A stretch of DNA of 64,000 nt, taken from the sequence record KX828711; one strand, 5' to 3'. Shown piece after piece: positions 27,964 to 36,748 of this stretch. Both the position numbers and the translations under genes were made by a program. Each line of letters opens with the position of its first letter. The stretch's first letter is position 1. The notes beneath the pieces were generated by a model. It was not told the DNA's origin and ran no database searches. It worked only from the letters and a program-made list of their open reading frames with translations. The DNA comes from Shigella phage SH7.

Positions 27964-28499
27964 TGCATTCCGATTACGAAAAACTGTGGACGAGTAATAC
28001 CACCAATACAACATTTAATATTACAGCAGCAGTGTACAGTGTCAATATGGACGCTATAAATCTTATCCATATCAGGAGATTTGACAGGCTCATCAATTAT
28101 ATACAAAATTCGCGAAAGCGATAAACCTCTGAACTTGCTTCCTTTATTACCAATAAAACTGCGCACAGAATCAGTAAATAAACGAAAACGTATATCATCA
28201 TTAGAATAACGCGAAAATTCCTTTTTAATGTTATTTGCAGAAATTTTAGCGTAAGCTGAAGTATTAGAAAGAACAATAACTGTTCCGCCATCATACAGCC
28301 AATTAGCAGCAAAGTTAGTCACAGCAATTGATTTACCGGATTGACGTCCACCATCTAGTCGAAGTGTGCAATACTGTTTAAGTAATTCTTCAAATGGCGG
28401 AATATATTCGTTTTTACAAATTTCTTCTACTCTAGCATCAGAATGGTGTGTAAAAGCATTCATCAGGGATAGATAAGGACCAGTTAAAAATGTTCTCAT
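27960..28499 (-). CDS. small P-loop NTPase with Cys-rich C-terminus
   Basis: 179 aa; Walker A GGRQSGKS, Walker B ILYIIDEP, C-terminal HCCCNIKCC. Confidence 0.55.
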   Translation of the reverse strand: MRTFLTGPYLSLMNAFTHHSDARVEEICKNEYIPPFEELLKQYCTLRLDGGRQSGKSIAVTNFAANWLYDGGTVIVLSNTSAYAKISANNIKKEFSRYSNDDIRFRLFTDSVRSFIGNKGSKFRGLSLSRILYIIDEPVKSPDMDKIYSVHIDTVHCCCNIKCCIGGITRPQFFVIGMQ

Positions 28500-28639
28500 T
28501 TCTTCTCTCTAAGTTTGGGCCATTCCGTGGCGCATGAATTGTCCATTTCTGTATTTACCCATTACCGCGCTTGGGCTCGACCTTATTACAGGTTGGCGGG
28601 AATCCCTCATAGAATCATGAGGTCCAGGTTGTTCCCATA

Positions 28640-29113
28640 TTATTTGAACGATTTAACGTACTGAATAGAACCTTTACTATTCACAAAGGCAATTTTACCA
28701 TTTTTGTTATACATAGTAGCAGTACGTTGATAGCCATAAGTTTGTTTACCAGATTGATAACCAACTAATGCGAAATTATCTTCACCCATTTTATTCTGTT
28801 TAGCGCGAATGCGTTCATGACCATGTGCCATAAGAACCTTAGCATCACCGGTTGCAATGGATCGACGAGTTTTTTCATCTTCAACTGTATTAACAAAGTC
28901 GTCAAATGAATCAAATTTAGCATGAGATTTATTATACAGTTTTCCATCTACTGCATAATTATATCCCTGTACATCCATCTCAACTTCTGTACCATCATCC
29001 AGTACAGCAGTGATTTTCTGTCCTTTTTTAAATTTCAAAAGATCAGTAAAAGATTCAGCAATAATTTGAGAATTAATAGCTGCTTCAGTAATAAATTCTT
29101 GATAGGTTTTCAT
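28640..29113 (-). CDS. internal head protein (capsid-targeting-sequence protein), IP locus
   Basis: 157 aa; N-terminal MKTYQEFITEA matches the T4 IP capsid-targeting sequence with an LxE protease site. Confidence 0.7.
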   Translation of the reverse strand: MKTYQEFITEAAINSQIIAESFTDLLKFKKGQKITAVLDDGTEVEMDVQGYNYAVDGKLYNKSHAKFDSFDDFVNTVEDEKTRRSIATGDAKVLMAHGHERIRAKQNKMGEDNFALVGYQSGKQTYGYQRTATMYNKNGKIAFVNSKGSIQYVKSFK

Positions 29114-29129
29114 GTGTTTCCTTTAATTT

Positions 29130-29447
29130 TTATTCTTTAGGGAAGTTTTTAGAATATGCATCATAAAGCTTATTTCCAATACGGCGGAAAACTCTAGCCG
29201 CAAAACGATTTTCTGGGTTTTTAATCATGATTTGCATCATATAAGTACCCGCGTCAGAAAGAGCTTCTTCATAGTACCCGTTAATTTCTTTAAGAGTCCT
29301 ACGTTTACCACCAGGACCATCAACAGTGATTTTCCATTTACCTGTAGAAGTGCGACTTGGCGGCTCAACTTGTTCAATCCAGATATAACCGCCTTCTACA
29401 CGTTGTCCTGCAGCAGATTCTGCAATAAATTCTTGATAGGTTTTCAT
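29130..29447 (-). CDS. internal head protein (capsid-targeting-sequence protein), IP locus
   Basis: 105 aa; N-terminal MKTYQEFIAES capsid-targeting sequence; between the IP gene and lysozyme e. Confidence 0.7.
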   Translation of the reverse strand: MKTYQEFIAESAAGQRVEGGYIWIEQVEPPSRTSTGKWKITVDGPGGKRRTLKEINGYYEEALSDAGTYMMQIMIKNPENRFAARVFRRIGNKLYDAYSKNFPKE

Positions 29448-29501
29448 GTGTTTCCTTTAAATATTTTAATTAGTAATTTATCTATTCAAGTAACTGTGAA
29501 T

Positions 29502-29531
29502 ATACTATCACAATTCCAAGAGAAAGTAAAC
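29502..29531 (-). promoter_or_regulatory. early-type promoter (GTTTAC..TAGTAT)
   Basis: Reverse complement GTTTAC..18 nt..TAGTAT upstream of the IP genes. Confidence 0.5.
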
Positions 29532-29535
29532 AGCT

Positions 29536-30504
<969 letters not shown>

Positions 30505-30508
<4 letters not shown>

Positions 30509-30993
30509 TTTAATTTCCTGCATTCAGTGATAAAGTTATTTAAATTTTGAGTATATTTCTTTTCATCAAAAATCTTTTGTTGTCTGCGTAGCCGCCATGG
30601 CATTTCAATGAACGTGTACCATATCCCAGATAATATTGCTGCTGTAAAAATATTAACAAGTATGGTTAAAAGAATCCAATCTCCTATTCTGTCCATTGGA
30701 TTTTTTATAAAAAAGTAAAATACGAATGATGTCACAGGAAGACTAATAATATACCACAGAATCATAATTTTATCTGTGAACCAATCAGCGTTCGTTAACT
30801 TAGCGCGACCATTATGAATACACACGAATTTATCATCTGTTATAATAGATGGCTTAGCTGCTTGATATCCCATTCTAAACTCCCTAATCAACAAATTTTT
30901 CATATCTTCGGAACAACCATTCCAGTCAACTCTATCAACTGAAATGCCATCATCCCCATCATCTAAATCATACCAGCGAGTTTTTAAAATCAT
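30505..30993 (-). CDS. membrane protein, junction-motif family member
   Basis: 162 aa; two C-terminal TM segments; ends FITECRKLK. Confidence 0.6.
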
Positions 30994-31352
30994 TTAATTT
31001 TCCTACAATCACTCACAAACTCTTCCATTGATTCTTTTTCAATATAAGACATGTAGCTATTATATTCTTTTAATTGTATTTTGTAATCTTTTTTTCTTTG
31101 CCAATTTATTTTAAAATTATCATAATGAAAATATAACATAGTACCAAAGAATGAAAATAATGAAATAATTTTAGTATAGTGAAGTTCACTCCAAACTTCT
31201 ATTATATCTACTGTGCCGTCAATGTTTAAAATAAGACAGTCAATTAACAATCCAAAAAGACTACCCGCAAGAGCTGCTGCCAACGCCACAGCAAAAATTA
31301 AAAATGACTCAGGAAGCGAATATTTGACTTTATTTAGTTTTGGCTTTTGCAT
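30990..31352 (-). CDS. membrane protein, junction-motif family member
   Basis: 120 aa; N-terminal TM; ends FVSDCRKIK. Confidence 0.6.
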   Translation of the reverse strand: MQKPKLNKVKYSLPESFLIFAVALAAALAGSLFGLLIDCLILNIDGTVDIIEVWSELHYTKIISLFSFFGTMLYFHYDNFKINWQRKKDYKIQLKEYNSYMSYIEKESMEEFVSDCRKIK

Positions 31353-31726
31353 CGTGATTCCTTAACAAATTTCATAATTTCATCAAATTCATACGCAGCA
31401 AGTTTAAGCTGATGTTCCCTTTTAATCTTTTTACACTGTGCTTTCCAATCACGTACGCGTTTACGATAATGTCTTCCTTGATACCAGTATCCTACCCAAT
31501 TTACAGGTACTAATAAAAGTGGAACTATTAATGGAAGAATTAGCATTAACACAAGTATTTCGCCAGAATCAATATCAGTCATAACATCTAAAACACCTCC
31601 AATAATCAATAGAATTACAAATGATATGAGTATAACAGGACCTATTAATACATCAGTAGAAATTAGCTGGCGCTTTAATTCATACTTTAAGGGTTTACTT
31701 GGAAGGTATAGTGATGGCTTTGACAT
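31334..31726 (-). CDS. membrane protein, junction-motif family member
   Basis: Start at MSKPSLY (second ATG, better RBS); TM-rich; ends FVKESRCK. Confidence 0.55.
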   Translation of the reverse strand: MSKPSLYLPSKPLKYELKRQLISTDVLIGPVILISFVILLIIGGVLDVMTDIDSGEILVLMLILPLIVPLLLVPVNWVGYWYQGRHYRKRVRDWKAQCKKIKREHQLKLAAYEFDEIMKFVKESRCKSQN

Positions 31727-32309
31727 ATTCTCTACATTCCTTAACAAATTTTTCTAATAATAAATCGCTTTCAAAATTGGGATTTTCTACGAATTTATCA
31801 AAAAGATCATCAACAATAGTTAAGATATTCTTTTTACTAAGAATACGTTTATTTTCATGCTTCGTTTCAGAATCAACTATAAGAGTAAAGAAATATTTCT
31901 TGCCCTGAAATTTTACAGTAGTATCAATATAGAATAAATTTGATTTTTGTAAATTACGTTTAAACCATGCATCACTTAAACTATAAACGCCAAGATAATC
32001 ATAATCGTCGTTTAAATAACAGACCGTCCATTCAGGAGAAACAAAATCAGTAAATTCAACGTCAAAATCGCATGTTAATAAATGAATTGATTCAATACTG
32101 TTAATAAGTATTCCAGGACGTATTAAAGATTTTTTACCTCTAGAAAATCTTCCAGAAAGACTTTCATCAGTTTCATATGAAGAACCCCAATAATAATTAC
32201 GTCCTTCTGCCATACGTTTAAGAGCATTTAATAATTGGTCTGGAACATCAACCTGTCTTTGGAACTCTTCAAACATTGAATTGAAATCACTTTGCATTTT
32301 CATTTTCAT
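31695..32309 (-). CDS. hypothetical protein, junction-motif family member
   Basis: 204 aa; ends FVKECREY; GGAG RBS; preceded by a terminator hairpin. Confidence 0.6.
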   Translation of the reverse strand: MKMKMQSDFNSMFEEFQRQVDVPDQLLNALKRMAEGRNYYWGSSYETDESLSGRFSRGKKSLIRPGILINSIESIHLLTCDFDVEFTDFVSPEWTVCYLNDDYDYLGVYSLSDAWFKRNLQKSNLFYIDTTVKFQGKKYFFTLIVDSETKHENKRILSKKNILTIVDDLFDKFVENPNFESDLLLEKFVKECREYVKAITIPSK

Positions 32310-32330
32310 TCCTATTTACTCCAAGTAATA

Positions 32331-32344
32331 GGGGCCGAAGCCCC
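32331..32344 (-). terminator. UUCG-tetraloop hairpin (terminator or stabiliser)
   Basis: GGGGC-CGAA-GCCCC between the 32351 stop and the 32309 start. Confidence 0.55.
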
Positions 32345-32350
32345 TTATCA

Positions 32351-32944
32351 TTATTTCAGAGAATTAATGTATTCCTGAACATCAGCAGAGGTAGTTTCAA
32401 CCCCAGAAATATTACCGTTAAAGGTTTCAACTCGAGCAAGAGTATCTTCAATATCAACCTTAGTCAGTGCTGCAATTTCAACTACATCATCAGCAGTACT
32501 AATTCCGAGGGCATTCGCGGCGCGAGTTTCACGGATATATTCCAATTTAACTGCAAGTTCTTGGCGAGCATCATCTAACTCAACTACTTTCTTGGCGATT
32601 TCAATTCGCATTTCAGCATAACCATCAGCTTTAGTAGTTAACTGCTCAGCTGTTCGACGATATAGTAAACCGAGTTTAGCATGCATTGTTACATCTTGAC
32701 CTTCGGAAAGAAGCTTGCGAATTTCACGCTCTTTTGATTCGGCCTGTCGATTCTTTTCGACAATAAGTTCACGAATACGCTTTTCTTCATTAATAGATTT
32801 AACAGAAGCAGTTTTTAGATCTTTAATCTTATCAAGTAGTTTTGCTGCCGCAGCAGTATACTGTTCTTCAACAGATAGATTTTTAGCCATAGCAGAACCA
32901 AGTTTAGTGCGAATAAACTCAACAATTTTCTTCAGTGTGTTCAT
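32351..32944 (-). CDS. coiled-coil protein
   Basis: 197 aa, largely helical/charged; no enzymatic motif. Confidence 0.6.
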   Translation of the reverse strand: MNTLKKIVEFIRTKLGSAMAKNLSVEEQYTAAAAKLLDKIKDLKTASVKSINEEKRIRELIVEKNRQAESKEREIRKLLSEGQDVTMHAKLGLLYRRTAEQLTTKADGYAEMRIEIAKKVVELDDARQELAVKLEYIRETRAANALGISTADDVVEIAALTKVDIEDTLARVETFNGNISGVETTSADVQEYINSLK

Positions 32945-33001
32945 AGTATTTCCTTAGGTTGGTATAATTAGATAATATCACGTTTCTAATAGATTGTAAA
33001 C

Positions 33002-33337
33002 TTATTCTTCGTCTAGCTCGTCGATAAAGGCGTCGATGGCCTCGACAACGGCATCATTGATAGCCAATAAAATAAAATCATCGTCAGTACCTTTAGAAGA
33101 TTCTAAAGCATTGATATATGCTTGGTTGGCGAGTTCCCAAGCCTTTTTAAAATAAGGAGCTTCATCATCGGGGCCAACGAAACGCACGCCTTCAAAGATA
33201 CGGTTAGCATAATCCAATACCCACTGTACAGGCATGTTTTGAGAACGTTCGTTAAACTCTTTAAATTCCTTAGATTCAAAAAGCTCTTCAGGATAATCAT
33301 TTCTATTACAAAAAGCTTTACTAAAGTTACGTTTCAT
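33002..33337 (-). CDS. hypothetical acidic protein
   Basis: 111-aa ORF with an early promoter upstream. Confidence 0.55.
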   Translation of the reverse strand: MKRNFSKAFCNRNDYPEELFESKEFKEFNERSQNMPVQWVLDYANRIFEGVRFVGPDDEAPYFKKAWELANQAYINALESSKGTDDDFILLAINDAVVEAIDAFIDELDEE

Positions 33338-33363
33338 AATGTTTTCCTTGTGATGATAAGTCT

Positions 33364-33393
33364 ATAGTAACGCCTTCATACTTAGATGTAAAC
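33364..33393 (-). promoter_or_regulatory. early-type promoter (GTTTACA..TACTAT)
   Basis: Reverse complement GTTTACAtctaagtatgaaggcgtTACTAT. Confidence 0.55.
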
Positions 33394-33546
33394 TATTTCA
33401 ACATCGCCTTTTGCTGCTTTATAACCTTCAGCCCAAGATACAACCGAGTTTTTATCTGAAGATTCAAATTCTGGCATTGGGCTTTCGCCAATGTTCACGC
33501 AGTATGTTTCTTCATTTTCGTCGAACCAAATAATTAAAGTAGTCAT
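33379..33546 (-). CDS. hypothetical small protein (55 aa)
   Basis: Manual translation MTTLIIWFDENEETYC..; not in the track (below 60 aa). Confidence 0.35.
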
Positions 33547-33582
33547 TTATTTCTCCGTTTCTGTATTTGTTTTGATAAGTCT

Positions 33583-33612
33583 ATAATAACACCATCCTTG
33601 GTGTTTGTACAC
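33583..33612 (-). promoter_or_regulatory. early-type promoter with CCATCCTTGG hairpin in the spacer
   Basis: Reverse complement GTGTACaaaCACCAaggaTGGTGtTATTAT. Confidence 0.5.
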
Positions 33613-33614
33613 AA

Positions 33615-33878
33615 TTATTTCATATTATTGAAATATTCTTCTGCGATTTCGTCGTTATCATGGTAAACTTTAGAAGACAGTTTAACATAACCTTCAGCAG
33701 TGAACATGTTAATCACAACCTTTACAGTATACCACTGACCGTCTTCATTACCCATTACTGCGTAAGTTTCAAACATCGGATGATCAGGACCGATAACTTT
33801 AATATCATTCACTGTACGACCGAAATCTTCTGAAACGCATTTCATAAAGAAGTTGAACAGTTCGCCGTAATTATCCAT
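33615..33878 (-). CDS. hypothetical protein
   Basis: 87 aa from MDNYGELF (GGAG RBS); the upstream ORF extension is promoter sequence. Confidence 0.5.
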   Translation of the reverse strand: MDNYGELFNFFMKCVSEDFGRTVNDIKVIGPDHPMFETYAVMGNEDGQWYTVKVVINMFTAEGYVKLSSKVYHDNDEIAEEYFNNMK

Positions 33879-33921
33879 TTCGTTCTCCAAGTTGTTTTCT
33901 GTATCAGTAGTTGATAGTTGT

Positions 33922-33951
33922 ATAGTACCATGGAAGAACAGGGATGTAAAC
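33922..33951 (-). promoter_or_regulatory. early-type promoter (GTTTAC..TACTAT)
   Basis: Shares the gatagttgtatagtacc core with the promoters at 16812 and 22085. Confidence 0.55.
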
Positions 33952-34074
33952 AGTTTTGTGAAAAAATTTTTAGGGAATTCTAGGGCGGAGAGGGGCAATT
34001 AAAAGGTAGGATAATATATTATAAAGGGTATAAACTAAATGATGCTTAGAGAGGCCCGGAAAGGCCTAGATACC

Positions 34075-34102
34075 AAAAAGCCCCAACCTTTCGGTCGGGG
34101 CT
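34075..34102 (-). terminator. rho-independent terminator with GAAA loop; copy 1 of a 33-nt direct repeat
   Basis: Minus strand AGCCCCGACCGAAAGGUUGGGGCUUUUU just after the 34110 stop. Confidence 0.7.
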
Positions 34103-34109
34103 AAGAATG

Positions 34110-34583
34110 TTATTTGATTTGTTTAGCAGACCAAATGCGGTCTTTAATAATTTTTTGGATGTCTTCAACATACTCAAGAGAGTGAGCATGTGGGTTATCT
34201 TTGAAACTATAAGCACGAGCTAGCTTTTGGCCTTCAGTTTTGATTACTAAAAGCTCTTTAAGGATAGCTTCATATTTGGAGATAATTCCTTTAACAATAT
34301 TTTTTTCTTGTGCAGCTTTAGGATCTGCTTTAGGAGCAGGTTTACCCGAAGCCTTTGCAAAAGCAGCGCCAGTAGCAACTAGACTTTTCCAGGCCATACT
34401 AACCGCATTTCCTGTAAATCCTTCTGCTTTCATGTCGCGAGCAAATTGGAATCGCGATTCGTCAGAAGCATCTTTATAGGAATATTTACCCGCGGCAATG
34501 GCAGCTTTTGCAACAGCTTGAATTTCAGTGCTAGATGCTTCATTTAACACCGCTTCATTTAAAAATTGAGCATATGATTTCAT
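34110..34583 (-). CDS. internal-protein-like protein with capsid-targeting sequence, outside the canonical ip loci
   Basis: 157 aa; N-terminal MKSYAQFLNEA matches the IP capsid-targeting consensus with an LxE cleavage site; Ala/Lys-rich body. Confidence 0.6.
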   Translation of the reverse strand: MKSYAQFLNEAVLNEASSTEIQAVAKAAIAAGKYSYKDASDESRFQFARDMKAEGFTGNAVSMAWKSLVATGAAFAKASGKPAPKADPKAAQEKNIVKGIISKYEAILKELLVIKTEGQKLARAYSFKDNPHAHSLEYVEDIQKIIKDRIWSAKQIK

Positions 34584-34628
34584 CTTATTTCCTGTTTTAA
34601 TTCGTGGTTTTAATATACTTATTTATAC

Positions 34629-34657
34629 TAAAAAGCCCCAACCTTTCGGCTGGGGCT
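34629..34657 (-). terminator. rho-independent terminator with GAAA loop; copy 2 of the 33-nt direct repeat
   Basis: Near-identical to 34075-34102 (3 mismatches); hairpin followed by UUUUU on the minus strand. Confidence 0.7.
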
Positions 34658-34708
34658 AAGCCTTGCGGCAACCTTGTCGGGGTTCCACCTGCTAAGGCAA
34701 GTGTTTGT

Positions 34709-34800
34709 ACGAAACGCCGGGATTCGAACCCGGTTACCAAGCAGTTGACGCTACTCAATATTTTTAAAAGGCCATATCTCGACCATATCCGAACGTTCCG
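34709..34800 (-). ncRNA. tRNA-like stable RNA candidate (acceptor stem plus T-arm, no anticodon arm, no CCA)
   Basis: Minus-strand CGGAACG pairs with CGUUUCG around a canonical T-arm CCGGG-UUCGAAU-CCCGG; lies in a 315-nt ORF-free interval. Confidence 0.35.
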
Positions 34801-34968
34801 TCAAAAACGCTACTCGGCTTACGGCAAAGATATTTCCTCGAATCGATAATTCGGTGCGCCGTTTCTGCTGTGATATAAGGGGACATTAACAGATCGTAAA
34901 GATTTGTTAATGCCAGTCCTTAAACAGGGAACATCAGTCCGACGACTTACCGGTAGCGACCCGGTTTC

Positions 34969-35319
34969 TTAATATTCTTTTAAAGCATCAATCTGTTCAC
35001 GACGTTTACGCCATAAATCAATTGCTTCATACGCAGATTCAGCATTTCGAATTGGACGGCATTTATATAAAGACTTGTGATTTTGATATTGCGTAGATAA
35101 CGGAATTTTATCTAAAAGGTCTTTACGTTCAAAGTATTCGTAACCATCTAAGCCAAATGAACGATTTTTGAGAAATTGCCAATGACCATATTCGTTTTCG
35201 ACATAAACATAATCCGCGTGTTGATAAAGCAAATTAATTACACGTTCAGAAATAATAGTGTCATTGTGATTAAAATAAAATGTTAAATCATGAACTACTA
35301 AATAAACATTACCTTTCAT
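34969..35319 (-). CDS. hypothetical protein downstream of tRNA-Arg
   Basis: 116-aa ORF beginning 17 nt after tRNA-Arg with a GAGGA RBS. Confidence 0.5.
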   Translation of the reverse strand: MKGNVYLVVHDLTFYFNHNDTIISERVINLLYQHADYVYVENEYGHWQFLKNRSFGLDGYEYFERKDLLDKIPLSTQYQNHKSLYKCRPIRNAESAYEAIDLWRKRREQIDALKEY

Positions 35320-35335
35320 ATTTTCCTCACTTAAT

Positions 35336-35411
35336 TGGTCGAGGCAGTAGGGATCGAACCTACGACCTAGGACTTAGAAGGTCCTTGCTCTTCCTTCTGA
35401 GCTATGCCCCG
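35336..35411 (-). tRNA. tRNA-Arg (anticodon UCU)
   Basis: Hand-folded cloverleaf: 7-bp acceptor, anticodon loop CUUCUAA, T-loop TTCGATC, encoded CCA. Confidence 0.8.
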
Positions 35412-35415
35412 TAAT

Positions 35416-35491
35416 TGGGGTGACCGATGGGAGTCGAACCCATGACTACGAGAATCACAATCTCGAGTTCTACCAACTGAACTACGGCCAC
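35416..35491 (-). tRNA. tRNA-His (anticodon GUG), tentative
   Basis: Cloverleaf with anticodon loop UUGUGAU and discriminator C73, but no encoded G-1. Confidence 0.55.
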
Positions 35492-35605
35492 ATTAATACC
35501 TACTCCAACAATCAAGATGTCTTCACACGAAATTAAGAGAAGAGTGATCAGTTCAACCCCGATAATCGCGTCAAGTAGATATTAATGTGACAGTTGTCAC
35601 AAATT

Positions 35606-35680
35606 TGGCGGACGTGATAGGATTCGAACCTATAACCAATCGCTTAACAGGCGATCGCTCTGCCATTGAGCTACACATCC
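35606..35680 (-). tRNA. tRNA-Asn (anticodon GUU)
   Basis: Cloverleaf, anticodon loop CUGUUAA, T-loop TTCGAAT, discriminator G, CCA encoded. Confidence 0.65.
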
Positions 35681-35684
35681 AAAT

Positions 35685-35771
35685 TGGTGGGGAGTGATGG
35701 AGTCGAACCACCCGAGTCGCAATGACAATGGATTTACAGTCCACACCGCTACCTCTACGGGATAACTCCCC
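35685..35771 (-). tRNA. tRNA-Tyr (anticodon GUA), long variable arm
   Basis: 87 nt; perfect 7-bp acceptor, anticodon loop CUGUAAA, extra arm, discriminator A, CCA. Confidence 0.6.
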
Positions 35772-35784
35772 TTAATTCTTAATT

Positions 35785-35859
35785 TGGTGGCCCTAGGTGG
35801 AATTGAACCACCATCTGGCGATTATGAGTCGCTTGCTTGAACCTTCCAGCTACAGGGCC
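35785..35859 (-). tRNA. tRNA with CAU anticodon (Ile2-type or Met)
   Basis: Cloverleaf, anticodon loop CUCAUAA; occupies the position of T4 tRNA-Ile. Confidence 0.7.
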
Positions 35860-35860
35860 T

Positions 35861-35936
35861 TGGTGCTGATTGACGGAATCGAACCGCCGACCTTCTCATT
35901 ACAAGTGAGTTGCTCTACCTACTGAGCTAAATCAGC
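35861..35936 (-). tRNA. tRNA-Thr (anticodon UGU)
   Basis: Matches my recollection of T4 tRNA-Thr (GCTGATTTAGCTCAGTAGG...); anticodon loop CUUGUAA. Confidence 0.85.
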
Positions 35937-35941
35937 AAAAC

Positions 35942-36031
35942 TGGCGGAGGCAATAGGATTTGAACCTATGAGTCGCCGGAGCGACTGCCGGTTTTCAAGA
36001 CCGGTGCATTAAACCACTCTGCCACGCCTCC
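35942..36031 (-). tRNA. tRNA-Ser (anticodon UGA), long variable arm
   Basis: 90 nt; anticodon loop CUUGAAA, discriminator G, CCA encoded. Confidence 0.8.
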
Positions 36032-36033
36032 AG

Positions 36034-36107
36034 TCTCCATACAAGGATTTGAACCTTGGACCTCCTGATCCCAAATCAGGCGCTCTACCAAACTGAGCTA
36101 CACGGAG
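36034..36107 (-). tRNA. tRNA-Pro (anticodon UGG), CCA not encoded
   Basis: Anticodon loop UUUGGGA; 3 end abuts tRNA-Ser with a 2-nt spacer. Confidence 0.8.
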
Positions 36108-36117
36108 TAAATTAAAT

Positions 36118-36191
<74 letters not shown>

Positions 36192-36196
36192 AAATT

Positions 36197-36283
36197 TGGT
36201 GCGAGAAGTGGGACTCGAACCCACAAGGAAATCATTCCGCAGCATTTTAAGTGCTGTGCCTTTACCAATTTGACCATTCTCGC
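36197..36283 (-). tRNA. tRNA-Leu (anticodon UAA), long variable arm
   Basis: 87 nt; anticodon loop CUUAAAA; CCA encoded. Confidence 0.8.
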
Positions 36284-36284
36284 G

Positions 36285-36357
36285 CTGGGAATAAAGGACT
36301 CGAACCTTTGCATCCTGGAATCAAAATCCAGTGCCTTACCAACTTGGCTAATTCCCA
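36285..36357 (-). tRNA. tRNA-Gln (anticodon UUG), CCA not encoded
   Basis: Anticodon loop UUUUGAU; 1-nt spacer to tRNA-Leu. Confidence 0.8.
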
Positions 36358-36370
36358 ATTATTAACAAAG

Positions 36371-36389
36371 GCTCTTAAGCAAGAGCCCT
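36371..36389 (-). terminator. hairpin upstream of the tRNA cluster
   Basis: GGGCTCTTGCTTAAGAGCC followed by UUUGUUAAUAA on the minus strand. Confidence 0.45.
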
Positions 36390-36454
36390 TGATGATAGAG
36401 GGTATTAATCAGTGCGATATGAGTTAATAATAACAAATAATTCTTAAAGCATAT

Positions 36455-36748
36455 TTACCATTTATGATAATACATATTTACGATGCATTCAAGACCCAAA
36501 GGATTTTTGAAAATATCATATTCAAGAGGACCTTTTTCTGTTTCGATAAAGAAATCAAAATTTACTGTATTAAATTTACGGTCTTCCTTCACTAATTTAA
36601 CTTGTGAAGATGAACGGTCAATGTAAACCTTTTCAACTTCAAAATATGTTAAAATGCCATAATCATCAATCAAGGCTTTAGCTGCTTCTTGATCATATTT
36701 ATATCCATTTTCAATGGATGATACTTTCGCATAAAGAATCATTATCAA
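36455..36748 (-). CDS. hypothetical protein
   Basis: 97-aa ORF. Confidence 0.5.
   Translation of the reverse strand: MIMILYAKVSSIENGYKYDQEAAKALIDDYGILTYFEVEKVYIDRSSSQVKLVKEDRKFNTVNFDFFIETEKGPLEYDIFKNPLGLECIVNMYYHKW

Noticed and set aside
33103-33367. ORFs 33103-33300 (minus, alternate frame) and 33122-33367 (plus)
   Set aside because: Overlap the 33002-33337 gene out of frame or antisense.
34604-34849. Plus-strand 81-aa ORF across the terminator and tRNA-like RNA region
   Set aside because: Spans a hairpin terminator and the structured RNA on the opposite strand; no RBS.
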